Part shown: positions 8,846-16,896 of the stretch, piece by piece
Position numbering within the stretch: the first letter of the stretch is position 1
How the letters are laid out: every line of letters starts with the position of its first letter
From: Candidatus Hadarchaeum yellowstonense
Lineage (GTDB): Archaea; Hadarchaeota; Hadarchaeia; Hadarchaeales; Hadarchaeaceae
Assembly (NCBI GenBank): GCA_001515205.2
Contig: LQMQ01000007.1
Location: forward strand, 6,028-70,027
Reading direction: 5' to 3'
Length of the DNA stretch: 64,000 nt
Notes under the pieces: generated by a model
The model's database searches: none
What the model saw: only the letters and a program-made list of their open reading frames with translations
What the model was told of the DNA's origin: nothing
Position numbers and translations under genes: made by a program

Positions 8846-8940
8846 TTTCCTCTTATCTTCATAAAAACATCCCGGTATTTTAGCCTGTTGCCGCCTCACT
8901 AAGTTTTAAACCCACCATAACGATTTCACTTAGGGGTTGA

Positions 8941-10287
8941 ATGGTCGAACTGTTAATTAAAAACGGTCTTATTGTAACGATGGACAAGGACCGGAGGATC
9001 ATCGCTGACGGCTCTGTAGCCATCGATGAAGGCCGCATCATATCGGTGAAAAGAGGCTCAACTGGTAAGGGCAAGCCCGAGGAGGTAATTGACGCCAAGG
9101 GAAAGATTGTCATGCCGGGTCTCATCTGCTCGCACACCCACCTTTACGGCATGTTGCTTCGAGCTGCCCCGCTCAAAATAGAGCCACCAACTGACTTTTC
9201 CCAGATCCTCCAGCGCGTCTGGTGGCCCATGGACGAGGCGATGACCAAGGAAGACGCTTACGCCAGCGCCCTGATGGCCTGTCTTGAGTTCATAAAAACA
9301 GGGACTACGCTGTTTGCCGACACCTTCTCGGGTCCCAACGCCGTCTCGGGAGTTCTCGACAGAATTTCTGCCGCGGTGGAGCAGTCCGGGATGAGGGGGA
9401 TAATTTCCTTTGAAGCCACCGAGAGACACACTCACGCCGAGGGCTCAAAGGGAACCAAGGAAAACGAGCGTTTCATTCTGAAAACTAAAAAGGAAAGGAC
9501 GACCCGGGTTCACGGAATGTTCAGCATCCACGCCTCTTTTACCGTGTCCGACGAGCTGCTGAGATACACCAAGGATCTGGCCAGTCGCTACAAGGTTCCG
9601 CTGACCATCCATACCGCGGAGGGGCTGTGCGACCTTTATCATAACTATGAGCGCTACGGCAAGAGGACCATCGAAAGGCTCAGAGATGCCGAAGTTCTCG
9701 GTCCCGATGTAGTCCTGGCCCACTGTGTCCACGTCAACGACGACGAGCTGGCCATAATTAAGAAGACGGGAGCCAAGGTGGCACACAATCCCATGAGCAA
9801 CATGCTGAACGCAGTTGGAGTGGCACCCGTGGTGAAGATGTTGTCTCTGGGGATCCCGGTGGGGCTGGGAAACGATGGCTATATTTTCGATGGCTTTGAA
9901 AACATTCGCGCGGCTTTCCTTTTGCACAAGGTTGCGCTCCAAGATCCACGGGCAATATCGGCTATGGAGGCTCTGGAGATGGCGACCATTCGCGGTGCGG
10001 AACTCTACGGCCTTGAGAATGAGCTCGGCTCCATAGAAGTCGGAAAACTGGCGGACATCATTATCGTGAACCCAAAAAGAGCACCAACGCCCATAGGACC
10101 TGAGAGCGTGGTCGGTCACTTGATTAACACCGTCAGCGGGGGCGATGTCGAAACGGTCATCGTGGGAGGAAACATACTTATGCGGGACCGAAAGATGTTA
10201 TCGCTGGAGGAGGAAGAGGTAATCAAAATATCGAGAAGATCAGCCGAAAGGATCTGGCAGAAGCTGGGAGCAATAAAAAAGAGGTGA
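8941..10287 (+). CDS. ATZ/TRZ-family aminohydrolase, SsnA-like
   Basis: 448 aa. GKIVMPGLICSHTHLYGML...PPTDFSQILQRVWWPMDEAMTKEDAYASALMACLEFIKTGTT...ENERFI runs in parallel with E. coli SsnA as I recall it (PGIVCSHNHFYSGL...PDFISTLKNLWWRLDRAL...EAIKSGCT...EENIRF). HTAEG and GLGNDG metal and active-site motifs are present. An MtaD/DadD-type deaminase is the alternative. Confidence 0.65.
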   Translation: MVELLIKNGLIVTMDKDRRIIADGSVAIDEGRIISVKRGSTGKGKPEEVIDAKGKIVMPGLICSHTHLYGMLLRAAPLKIEPPTDFSQILQRVWWPMDEAMTKEDAYASALMACLEFIKTGTTLFADTFSGPNAVSGVLDRISAAVEQSGMRGIISFEATERHTHAEGSKGTKENERFILKTKKERTTRVHGMFSIHASFTVSDELLRYTKDLASRYKVPLTIHTAEGLCDLYHNYERYGKRTIERLRDAEVLGPDVVLAHCVHVNDDELAIIKKTGAKVAHNPMSNMLNAVGVAPVVKMLSLGIPVGLGNDGYIFDGFENIRAAFLLHKVALQDPRAISAMEALEMATIRGAELYGLENELGSIEVGKLADIIIVNPKRAPTPIGPESVVGHLINTVSGGDVETVIVGGNILMRDRKMLSLEEEEVIKISRRSAERIWQKLGAIKKR

Positions 10288-10288
10288 A

Positions 10289-11380
10289 ATGATGGTGGAT
10301 CTCTCCGTTGAAATCTGCGGGCTGAAGTTCAAAAACCCGATATTGCCCGCCGCAGGCCCAACTGTGCGCGATGCCAACAGCATGCTCATGGCGGCGGAAG
10401 GTGGGGCCGGGGGACTGGTCGCCAAAACCATCAGCGTCACCCCGGCTCAGGTGCCCAGGCCCTGCATCGTGAAGATCAAAGACAGCATATTAAACGCCGA
10501 GCTTTGGTCCGACCTGCCGGTGGAACAATGGTTGAAGGTTGAGTACAAGAAGGCCAAGCAAGCAGGGGTCCCGCTGATCGCGAGCATAGGCTATAAAGCC
10601 GATGAAATCAGGGAACTTGCGCCCAAGGTGGCCGCGGCCGGCGTTGACGCACTGGAGCTTTCCACTCACTACCTGGGCAACGACCCGATGCCGGTTGTGG
10701 AGGCCACCAAGGCCGCCAAAGAAGTTGTTGACATACCAGTCTTCGTCAAGCTCAGCCCTAATGTTCTGGACATTGCCCAATTCGCTCGGGAGGCGGAAAA
10801 GGCGGGGGCTGATGGCATAGTCGCGATTAACACCTTGGGCCCGTGCCTTGCCATAGAAATAGAGAACGCCATGCCGATGCTGGGGAGCGCCTACGGCTAC
10901 GGCTGGCTTTCCGGACAGGCGATAAAACCTCTAGCGGTAAGGTGCGTGGCCGACATCGCCCGTGCGGTCAAGATACCTGTGATCGGCGTGGGGGGCATCA
11001 CCACTGGAAGGGATGCCATTGAGTTCATCATGGCCGGAGCCTCCGCAGTTCAGCTCTCGACCGCGGCGATCATCCGCGGGCACAAGATATATGGCATAAT
11101 AGCCGACGAGATGGCCAAGTTCATGAAGGCAAAGGGCTACAACACGATAAATGATTTTAAAGGAATTGCCCTGCGACACCTTCCCGAGCAGCCGCTGCGC
11201 GTGACGCCGAAACCGGTTGAGGTTCTCGTCTCCAAATGTACCGCCTGTGGGCTCTGCGAGAGGCACTGCCCCTACAACGCCATAAAGATCGTCGGCAGGG
11301 CGGCGAAGGTCGACGCCTCCAGATGCTATCAGTGTGGCCTCTGCGTGTCCGTTTGTCCCACCCGGGCCATCAGATACTAG
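10289..11380 (+). CDS. Dihydroorotate/dihydropyrimidine dehydrogenase-like flavoprotein (PreA-like) with C-terminal 2x[4Fe-4S] ferredoxin domain; the catalytic Cys loop is absent
   Basis: 363 aa with CGLKFKNPILPAAGP, VFVKLSPNV, GIVAINTLGP, WLSGQAIKPLAVR, VIGVGGITTGRDAIEFIMAGASAVQL, then CTACGLCERHCP and CYQCGLCVSVCP. It starts 1 nt after the stop codon of the SsnA-like gene. See finding for the missing NxSCPN loop. Confidence 0.7.
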   Translation: MMVDLSVEICGLKFKNPILPAAGPTVRDANSMLMAAEGGAGGLVAKTISVTPAQVPRPCIVKIKDSILNAELWSDLPVEQWLKVEYKKAKQAGVPLIASIGYKADEIRELAPKVAAAGVDALELSTHYLGNDPMPVVEATKAAKEVVDIPVFVKLSPNVLDIAQFAREAEKAGADGIVAINTLGPCLAIEIENAMPMLGSAYGYGWLSGQAIKPLAVRCVADIARAVKIPVIGVGGITTGRDAIEFIMAGASAVQLSTAAIIRGHKIYGIIADEMAKFMKAKGYNTINDFKGIALRHLPEQPLRVTPKPVEVLVSKCTACGLCERHCPYNAIKIVGRAAKVDASRCYQCGLCVSVCPTRAIRY

Positions 11381-11404
11381 GACCACCGCCCGAGGTGGTG
11401 GAAT

Positions 11405-11935
11405 ATGGAAGAAGCCATTCTCTGGACGCTGTTGATCTTCCTAGCTCGACTAACCGACGTCTCGATGGGAACACTGCGCACCATTCTCATCATTAGGGGC
11501 AGAAGAGGGATAGCGGCCTTTTCAGCCTTCTTCGAAATAATGGTCTGGGTGCTGGCAGTGAGTCGGGTGATAACTCAGCTTGACCGCTGGTACTACATCG
11601 TTGCCTTTGCCCTCGGCTTTGCCTCTGGAAATTATCTCGGCAGCTACCTTGAGGAAAAAATCGCCATGGGCTACTGTTTTGCCTATGTCGTCCCTAGTGA
11701 AAAACAAACAAACTTGGCAGAGATCCTCAGAAAACACGGCTTCGGGGTGACTGTGGTAAAGGGGGAGGGGTTAAAGGGCACCGAATACGTTTACAACATT
11801 GTGCTGAGGAGAAGGGATACCCATCGATTCTTGAAAACCCTCGAAGCCAACGACAAAAAGGCCTTTTACACCATCATGGATGTCCATGCCCTGCATGGCG
11901 GCTACATGCGAAGCGCCACCAAAAGAAAAATCTAG
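11405..11935 (+). CDS. UPF0316 / DUF2179 family membrane protein
   Basis: 176 aa with three N-terminal TM helices plus a C-terminal soluble domain. LRTILIIRGRR, GFASGNYLGSYLEEKIAMGY and HGFGVTVVKGEGLKG match the UPF0316 pattern of the Bacillus YebE type. Confidence 0.7.
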   Translation: MEEAILWTLLIFLARLTDVSMGTLRTILIIRGRRGIAAFSAFFEIMVWVLAVSRVITQLDRWYYIVAFALGFASGNYLGSYLEEKIAMGYCFAYVVPSEKQTNLAEILRKHGFGVTVVKGEGLKGTEYVYNIVLRRRDTHRFLKTLEANDKKAFYTIMDVHALHGGYMRSATKRKI

Positions 11936-11985
11936 CGCCTGGAAAAATGATTAAATAAACCGCCAAAGGAAGTTGATGTGAACCT

Positions 11986-12783
11986 ATGCACGAGAAGATC
12001 TATAAAAAAATTAATGAACTTTTGGAGCGGGGCGAGACCTTTGCTGTGGTGACCATAGTTAGAACTGAAGGCTCCACCCCGAGGAAGGCTGGGGCAAAGA
12101 TGATTGTCTTGCCCGATGGCAGCACTTTTGGAACAATTGGCGGCGACTGTGTGGAAGCTGGTGCGGTGGCTGAGGCTCTCGAGGCCATGAAGGAGGGCAA
12201 ATCAAAAACTTTCACCGTCGCCCTCAAGGAAGAGGAGCTGGGAGGTATCGGGATGAAGTGCGGCGGAATGGCTGAGGTCTACATCGAGATAATCACACCA
12301 ACTCCCAAGCTGTTAATCATCGGTGGCGGAAACATCGGATCCCAGCTGGCAAAGCTCGGCCACGATGTCGGCTTCTCGGTGACGGTTATCGACCCGGCCG
12401 TGAAGAGGGAGGACTTTCCCGAATTCGTCGAGGTCATTCCGGAACCCGTGGAGAAGGGGGTGGCTAGAGTAGCAATCACCCCGCAAACTTACATCGTTAT
12501 CGCAACGGGGCACAAATATGATGAGGACGCGCTCAGAGCCGTGATAAATTCCAACGCGGCTTACATCGGAATGGTGGGTAGCAGAAGAAAAGCAGCGGTG
12601 ACTCTCAAGAAATTAATTGACGAGGGCATTCCTGAAGAAAAAGTTAAGATGGTGCACACACCGGTGGGGCTGGACATTGGCGCCGAAACCCCTGAGGAAA
12701 TCGCCATCAGCATCATGGCGGAAATAATAAAAGAGCGGCGCAAACCCGGCGCCACCGGAGGCAGTCTCAAAATTTCCTTTTAA
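11986..12783 (+). CDS. xdhC: XdhC/CoxI-family molybdenum-hydroxylase maturation protein
   Basis: 265 aa with ETFAVVTIVRTEGSTPRKAGAKMIVLPDGSTFGTIGGDCVE (XdhC N-domain) followed by the Rossmann-like LLIIGGGNIGSQLA. Confidence 0.8.
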   Translation: MHEKIYKKINELLERGETFAVVTIVRTEGSTPRKAGAKMIVLPDGSTFGTIGGDCVEAGAVAEALEAMKEGKSKTFTVALKEEELGGIGMKCGGMAEVYIEIITPTPKLLIIGGGNIGSQLAKLGHDVGFSVTVIDPAVKREDFPEFVEVIPEPVEKGVARVAITPQTYIVIATGHKYDEDALRAVINSNAAYIGMVGSRRKAAVTLKKLIDEGIPEEKVKMVHTPVGLDIGAETPEEIAISIMAEIIKERRKPGATGGSLKISF

Positions 12784-13339
12784 ATGCTTCTAAACTCTCC
12801 GGGGTATCGATATCGGTGATGGCCCATTCCCCCGCCTCAATTGTTTCGAGCTCTCCCTTATGCCGATGGATGACGTCACGCAAAAACTGGTCTTTACCCA
12901 GCGCCAGAATTTCCTCAAACAAACTTTTATCGAAAAGAACAGGGTGTCCCTTCTTGCCCCTGAAAATGGGGCAAACTATCTTCGCGCCATTTTTCCAAGC
13001 TGCTATTGCCTTTTTCAGAAAACTGACCTCGATCAGAGGTTGATCACCCAAGGCAACGAAAACAGCGTCGCAATCCTTCACGCTTTTCAAACCCTCCTTA
13101 ACGGAGGTGACCATGCCGTCGAGATAGTTAACGTTAACAGTCCATTTCACGCCCAGTCGCTCCAGGAGTGGCAGGATCTCCTCGGGCCTGTGTCCGAGCA
13201 CCACCACGATTTCATCAACAACCTCCCTGAGGGAGCTTATCACCCATTCCAACATTGGCTTTCCCTTTATCTCAAGAAGCAGCTTCTGAGTCCCCATCCG
13301 CTTGGACTCTCCAGCGCCTAAGATCACGGCACCGATCAC
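12767..13339 (-). CDS. mocA: MobA-like NTP transferase, MocA/YgfJ-type (molybdenum cofactor cytidylyltransferase)
   Basis: 190 aa with GAVILGAGESKRMGTQKLLLEIKGKPMLEWVI and FVALGDQPLI. It converges on xdhC with a 17-nt overlap. Confidence 0.75.
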   Translation of the reverse strand: MIGAVILGAGESKRMGTQKLLLEIKGKPMLEWVISSLREVVDEIVVVLGHRPEEILPLLERLGVKWTVNVNYLDGMVTSVKEGLKSVKDCDAVFVALGDQPLIEVSFLKKAIAAWKNGAKIVCPIFRGKKGHPVLFDKSLFEEILALGKDQFLRDVIHRHKGELETIEAGEWAITDIDTPESLEAFKRKF

Positions 13340-13433
13340 GATACCACTGTTGCGGCTGAACTTAAAACCCTGCAGTTCTCCGGACCTTAAATTTTATTAA
13401 AAATGATGAATGAATTGCTCATGAGAATCTAAA

Positions 13434-13850
13434 ATGATTGATATAAAGAAAACACACCTGACAAAAAAACAGTACGAAATCCTGAAAATGAGAATAGCGG
13501 GCAAGAGCCTCAGCGAGATAGCTAGAGAGCTGCACACGAGCAGGGCCAACGTCAGCTCCATCGCCAGGACCGCGGAGGAGAACATCAGAAAATCAAGAAA
13601 CACTTTGAAGTTGGTGGAAATGATCGACTGGCCGATAAAGATAGATGTTAAGGCTGGGGCCAACATCTATGAAATTTCAGAAAAAGTCTTTCAAGAAGCC
13701 GACCAGAGAAGAATCAAAATATCTCACAATTATTCAGATGTTGTGAGGATGATAACCAAGGCCCTCGGGACTCCGGGTCTCAGGCGCCGGAGGGCCCTCA
13801 AAGATTTCAGCATCGTGGTCAGCCGAGAGGGAAAAGTTGAGATCTTCTAG
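13434..13850 (+). CDS. tfx: Tfx-family DNA-binding transcriptional regulator (copy 1)
   Basis: 138 aa with LTKKQYEILKMRIAGKSLSEIARELHTSRANVSSIARTAEENIRKSRNTL (LuxR/sigma-r4-like HTH typical of Tfx) plus the Tfx C-domain. It is a paralogue of 51521-51925. Confidence 0.75.
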   Translation: MIDIKKTHLTKKQYEILKMRIAGKSLSEIARELHTSRANVSSIARTAEENIRKSRNTLKLVEMIDWPIKIDVKAGANIYEISEKVFQEADQRRIKISHNYSDVVRMITKALGTPGLRRRRALKDFSIVVSREGKVEIF

Positions 13851-13926
13851 ATTGGTCCCTCATCCCACAACTGAAAACATCGAAACTCAAGGAAAACTGA
13901 GGCCATTATCTGATCTAAAAATGTTC

Positions 13927-14388
13927 TCAGCGTCTCCGACTGCCACTGTATCGGCCGCGGCTCTGATATCCGCCACCAAATCTTGGTCTGAAGGGTCTGC
14001 GCTCCTGTTGGTATTCCGTGGCGCTGAGGTCAACTTCCGTGTTAACGTTTTTTATCTCCTGATCTGACTTTGTCATCTTGCCATATTTCCCGATGTTAAG
14101 GCGCATGTGCCCCTGAACCAGAGAAACATAGCCGTTTTCTATCGACAGGACGTCTCCCTCGCTCACCGACCCAATCTGTTCCTGCCAGAGCGAGAGCAAA
14201 ACTGTGCCCGTCTCATCACCCACGCAGGCCTCGGCCACCTTCTTGGGCTCGCCACCGAACCTGCTGGGTATTTCCTTGGGTTCTCCGACGCTCATCACCT
14301 TGACCAGAAGGTTTACTCTTCTGGATTGTGGCGTGAGATCCTTTACCTTCACCGTCTGTGCCGGTGCTCTTTCAACCATTGGATCCAT
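13927..14388 (-). CDS. ssb: Single-stranded DNA-binding protein, crenarchaeal single-OB type
   Basis: One OB fold (VKVKDLTPQSRRVNLLVKVMSVGEPKE...CVGDETGTVLLSLWQEQ...GDVLSIENGYVSLVQGHMRLNIGKYG) followed by a Gly/Arg-rich tail (RPRFGGGYQSRGRYSGSRRR). I trimmed the start to ATG 14388 because a TATA box abuts the track start at 14418. Confidence 0.75.
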   Translation of the reverse strand: MDPMVERAPAQTVKVKDLTPQSRRVNLLVKVMSVGEPKEIPSRFGGEPKKVAEACVGDETGTVLLSLWQEQIGSVSEGDVLSIENGYVSLVQGHMRLNIGKYGKMTKSDQEIKNVNTEVDLSATEYQQERRPFRPRFGGGYQSRGRYSGSRRR

Positions 14389-14418
14389 GTAGATTCCTTT
14401 TTTCTCTACAGCCTCCAA

Positions 14419-14429
14419 GTATAAATACC
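14419..14429 (-). promoter_or_regulatory. Candidate TATA box of ssb
   Basis: GGTATTTATAC on the minus strand, centred about 37 nt upstream of ATG 14388. Confidence 0.4.
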
Positions 14430-14493
14430 AAGGTGGTGGGGGTAAAAGTCAATTTAGCCCAGCAACTTTTTTCTCCCTGTTTTCAAAATCAGT

Positions 14494-14504
14494 TTTTTAT
14501 ACCT
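14494..14504 (+). promoter_or_regulatory. Candidate TATA box of the topoisomerase IB gene
   Basis: TTTTTTATACC, centred about 34 nt upstream of ATG 14533. Confidence 0.4.
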
Positions 14505-14532
14505 TCAAAGAAGTTTAAGATAAGTTGATAAC

Positions 14533-16125
14533 ATGGCGCCGCAGTTCAGAATAGAAAGGCTAAGGCACAACGGGGTGCTTATCCCAGTCTACGAACCGAA
14601 GGGTTTTTCCATCAAGTTAAGGGGAAAGACCATAAAACTGACCCCGGAACAGGAAGAGATGGCCGTTGCTTGGGTAAAAAAACTGGGAACCGACTACGTG
14701 AAGGACCCGGTGTTCGCCAAAAACTTCGGCGCCGACTTCTCGAAAGCCCTGGGGCTCGAGACTCCGGTCGACATCTGGGAGTTTGACTTCTCTGAAATAA
14801 TCCAGTGGGTGGAGAGTGAAAAAGCAAAAAAGGAACAGATGAGCCGCGAGGAGAAAAAAAGGCTGGCTGAGGCGAGGAAAAAAGCCCGAGAGGAAAATAA
14901 GCAAAAGTATGGATATGCTGAAGTTAATGGCAAGTTGGTGGAAATTGCCAACTACACCGTGGAACCTCCTTGCATCTTCATGGGGCGCGGCGAACATCCC
15001 CTCCGCGGAAGATGGAAACCAAGGGTGAACTATGAGGATATTATCCTTAACCTCTCAGAAGACGCCCCCACCCCTCCCACCCCCAACGGGCGGAGCTGGG
15101 GTGGCCGGGTCTTTGAACCGGAATCCCTGTGGATAGCCAAATGGAGGGATAAACTGACCGGTGAACTGAAGTACGTCTGGGTAGCCGACAGTGCTTTCTT
15201 CAAGCAAGAGCGCGAGAAGGACAAATTCGACAAGGCAAACGAGCTGGAAAAAATAATCGACAGGGTCCGAAAACACATAAGCGAAAATCTGGAATCAAAA
15301 GACATCATGCGCCGGAAGATAGCCACCGTCGCCTATCTTATCGACACACTGAAGATGAGGGTTGGCGACGAAAAGGATGAAGACGAGGCAGACACCGTTG
15401 GCGCCACGACTCTCCGCGGTTGTCATGTTCAATTTGAGGATTCAGATACCGTGAAATTTGACTTTTTGGGAAAAGATGCGGTGAGGTGGACAAAGAGCAT
15501 AAAGCCACCACCCGTCGTCATCAGAAACCTGAAATCTTTCATCAGCGGTCCTGACAAGCCGATTTTCGACGGCATCCGCTCGGAAATGGTCAACGATTTC
15601 CTCGGCGAGGTCGCCCCCTGGCTAACCGCCAAGGTCTTTCGCACCTATCACGCGACCAAGGTGGTCCGGGAGTACTTGGCCAAAACCAAGGTGAACCCCG
15701 AGGACCCCGAGTTCAAAAAGAAGTATGTTGCCACCATGGCCAACCTTGAAGCGGCGATTACTTGCAATCATAAAAGGAAGCTGCCGAAAAACTGGGAAGC
15801 TTCCCTAGAAAAAAAGAAGGAGCGGGTAAAGGCCCTCGAAGCGAAACTGGAAGAGGTCAAGAAAAAGCCAAAATCAGCCAGACGCGCGCAACAGATCAAG
15901 AGGCTGAAGGAAAAGATAAAGGAAGCCAAGCTGAAGGTGGAGCTAGCCACCGCAACAAGGGACTACAACCTGGGAACTTCACTCAAGAGTTACATAGATC
16001 CCCGGGCCTTTATCAACTGGGCCAAAAAAGTTTCATATGACTGGAGAAAATACTACCCCAAGACACTGCAGCGGAAATATGCTTGGGCCGACGCTGAGGA
16101 GAAACCTGCAGAGAAAGCTGATTGA
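14533..16125 (+). CDS. DNA topoisomerase IB (eukaryote-type)
   Basis: 530 aa with the catalytic pentad contexts ATTLRGCHV (Arg), VFRTYHATKV (Arg), AITCNHKRK (His) and NLGTSLKSYIDPRA (active-site Tyr; compare human LGTSKLNYLDPR). A Lys-rich linker (KKKERVKALEAKLEEVKKKPK) precedes the Tyr domain. Confidence 0.85.
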   Translation: MAPQFRIERLRHNGVLIPVYEPKGFSIKLRGKTIKLTPEQEEMAVAWVKKLGTDYVKDPVFAKNFGADFSKALGLETPVDIWEFDFSEIIQWVESEKAKKEQMSREEKKRLAEARKKAREENKQKYGYAEVNGKLVEIANYTVEPPCIFMGRGEHPLRGRWKPRVNYEDIILNLSEDAPTPPTPNGRSWGGRVFEPESLWIAKWRDKLTGELKYVWVADSAFFKQEREKDKFDKANELEKIIDRVRKHISENLESKDIMRRKIATVAYLIDTLKMRVGDEKDEDEADTVGATTLRGCHVQFEDSDTVKFDFLGKDAVRWTKSIKPPPVVIRNLKSFISGPDKPIFDGIRSEMVNDFLGEVAPWLTAKVFRTYHATKVVREYLAKTKVNPEDPEFKKKYVATMANLEAAITCNHKRKLPKNWEASLEKKKERVKALEAKLEEVKKKPKSARRAQQIKRLKEKIKEAKLKVELATATRDYNLGTSLKSYIDPRAFINWAKKVSYDWRKYYPKTLQRKYAWADAEEKPAEKAD

Positions 16126-16142
16126 CGTCCCCAGCTACCAAG

Positions 16143-16667
16143 TTAACCTTTGAATTCCTCGTAGCCAACTATCTGCTCCAAGCTCTTCTTTCGGCGAACG
16201 AAATGAATCAATTTTGACATCAGGTCCAACTTTTTACGGGGATAGCCAACCGCCAAAAGCGCGACCACCTTGTAGTGCTCGGGAACCTTCAGGATTTCCT
16301 TCACCAGCCCTTCGTCAAAGCTGCCGACCCAGCAGGTCCCGAGGCCCTCCGCAGTGGCCGCTAGGACCATGTTTTGCATCGCGATGGAAACGTCAACAAC
16401 GTGCCACTTTGGCGATGCCCTGCTGTCACCACAGCCAACTATCACCACCGGAGCCTCCTTGAGAAAACCGGCGAATCTGCCGCTCCTAGCGATCTTCTCC
16501 TTTTTCTCGGCGTCGGTCACCACGACAAAGTACCAAGGTTGAACATTCTTTGCCGATGGCGCCAAGCGAGCGGCCTCTAAAATTTTTTCAATTTTATCCT
16601 TCGCGACGGGGATCGGCTCATAGGCCCGGACCGACCTCCTCAGTTTAATGGCTTCAAAAACATCCAT
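16143..16667 (-). CDS. Nitroreductase-family flavoprotein
   Basis: MDVFEAIKLRRSVRAYE, PSAKNVQPWYFVVV and GLGTCWVG. I trimmed the start to ATG 16667 (GGGGGGT Shine-Dalgarno-like upstream). The track ORF extends to 16793. Confidence 0.8.
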   Translation of the reverse strand: MDVFEAIKLRRSVRAYEPIPVAKDKIEKILEAARLAPSAKNVQPWYFVVVTDAEKKEKIARSGRFAGFLKEAPVVIVGCGDSRASPKWHVVDVSIAMQNMVLAATAEGLGTCWVGSFDEGLVKEILKVPEHYKVVALLAVGYPRKKLDLMSKLIHFVRRKKSLEQIVGYEEFKG

Positions 16668-16896
16668 CTTTACCCCCCCAATTCCGAATAATTTTTTAGT
16701 TTTATCTCTATTTTGGAGAACCGCGCTGGATATCCCTTCGATTAACGGGCGTTTCTCTCCGGAGGAATGACCCATTATTGAGAAATTCCGCACCTGATTG
16801 ACCCAATTTCCTAAAAACCATTGCTTGCCAGTAAAAACAAGGCGTGGGAAACAATTAATCCTTTTAGAGGCTCTGGACTAGATTAACTCTGATCAT

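Noticed and set aside
13403-13461. C/D-box sRNA-like string in the mocA-tfx spacer: AUGAUGA, 12 nt, UGAG, then AUGAUUG ... CUGA.
   Set aside because: The second guide would be about 16 nt rather than about 12. The D' and C' boxes are degenerate and there is no terminal stem. The 3' half is simply the start of the tfx coding sequence (ATGATTGATATAAAG...). This is most likely coincidence.
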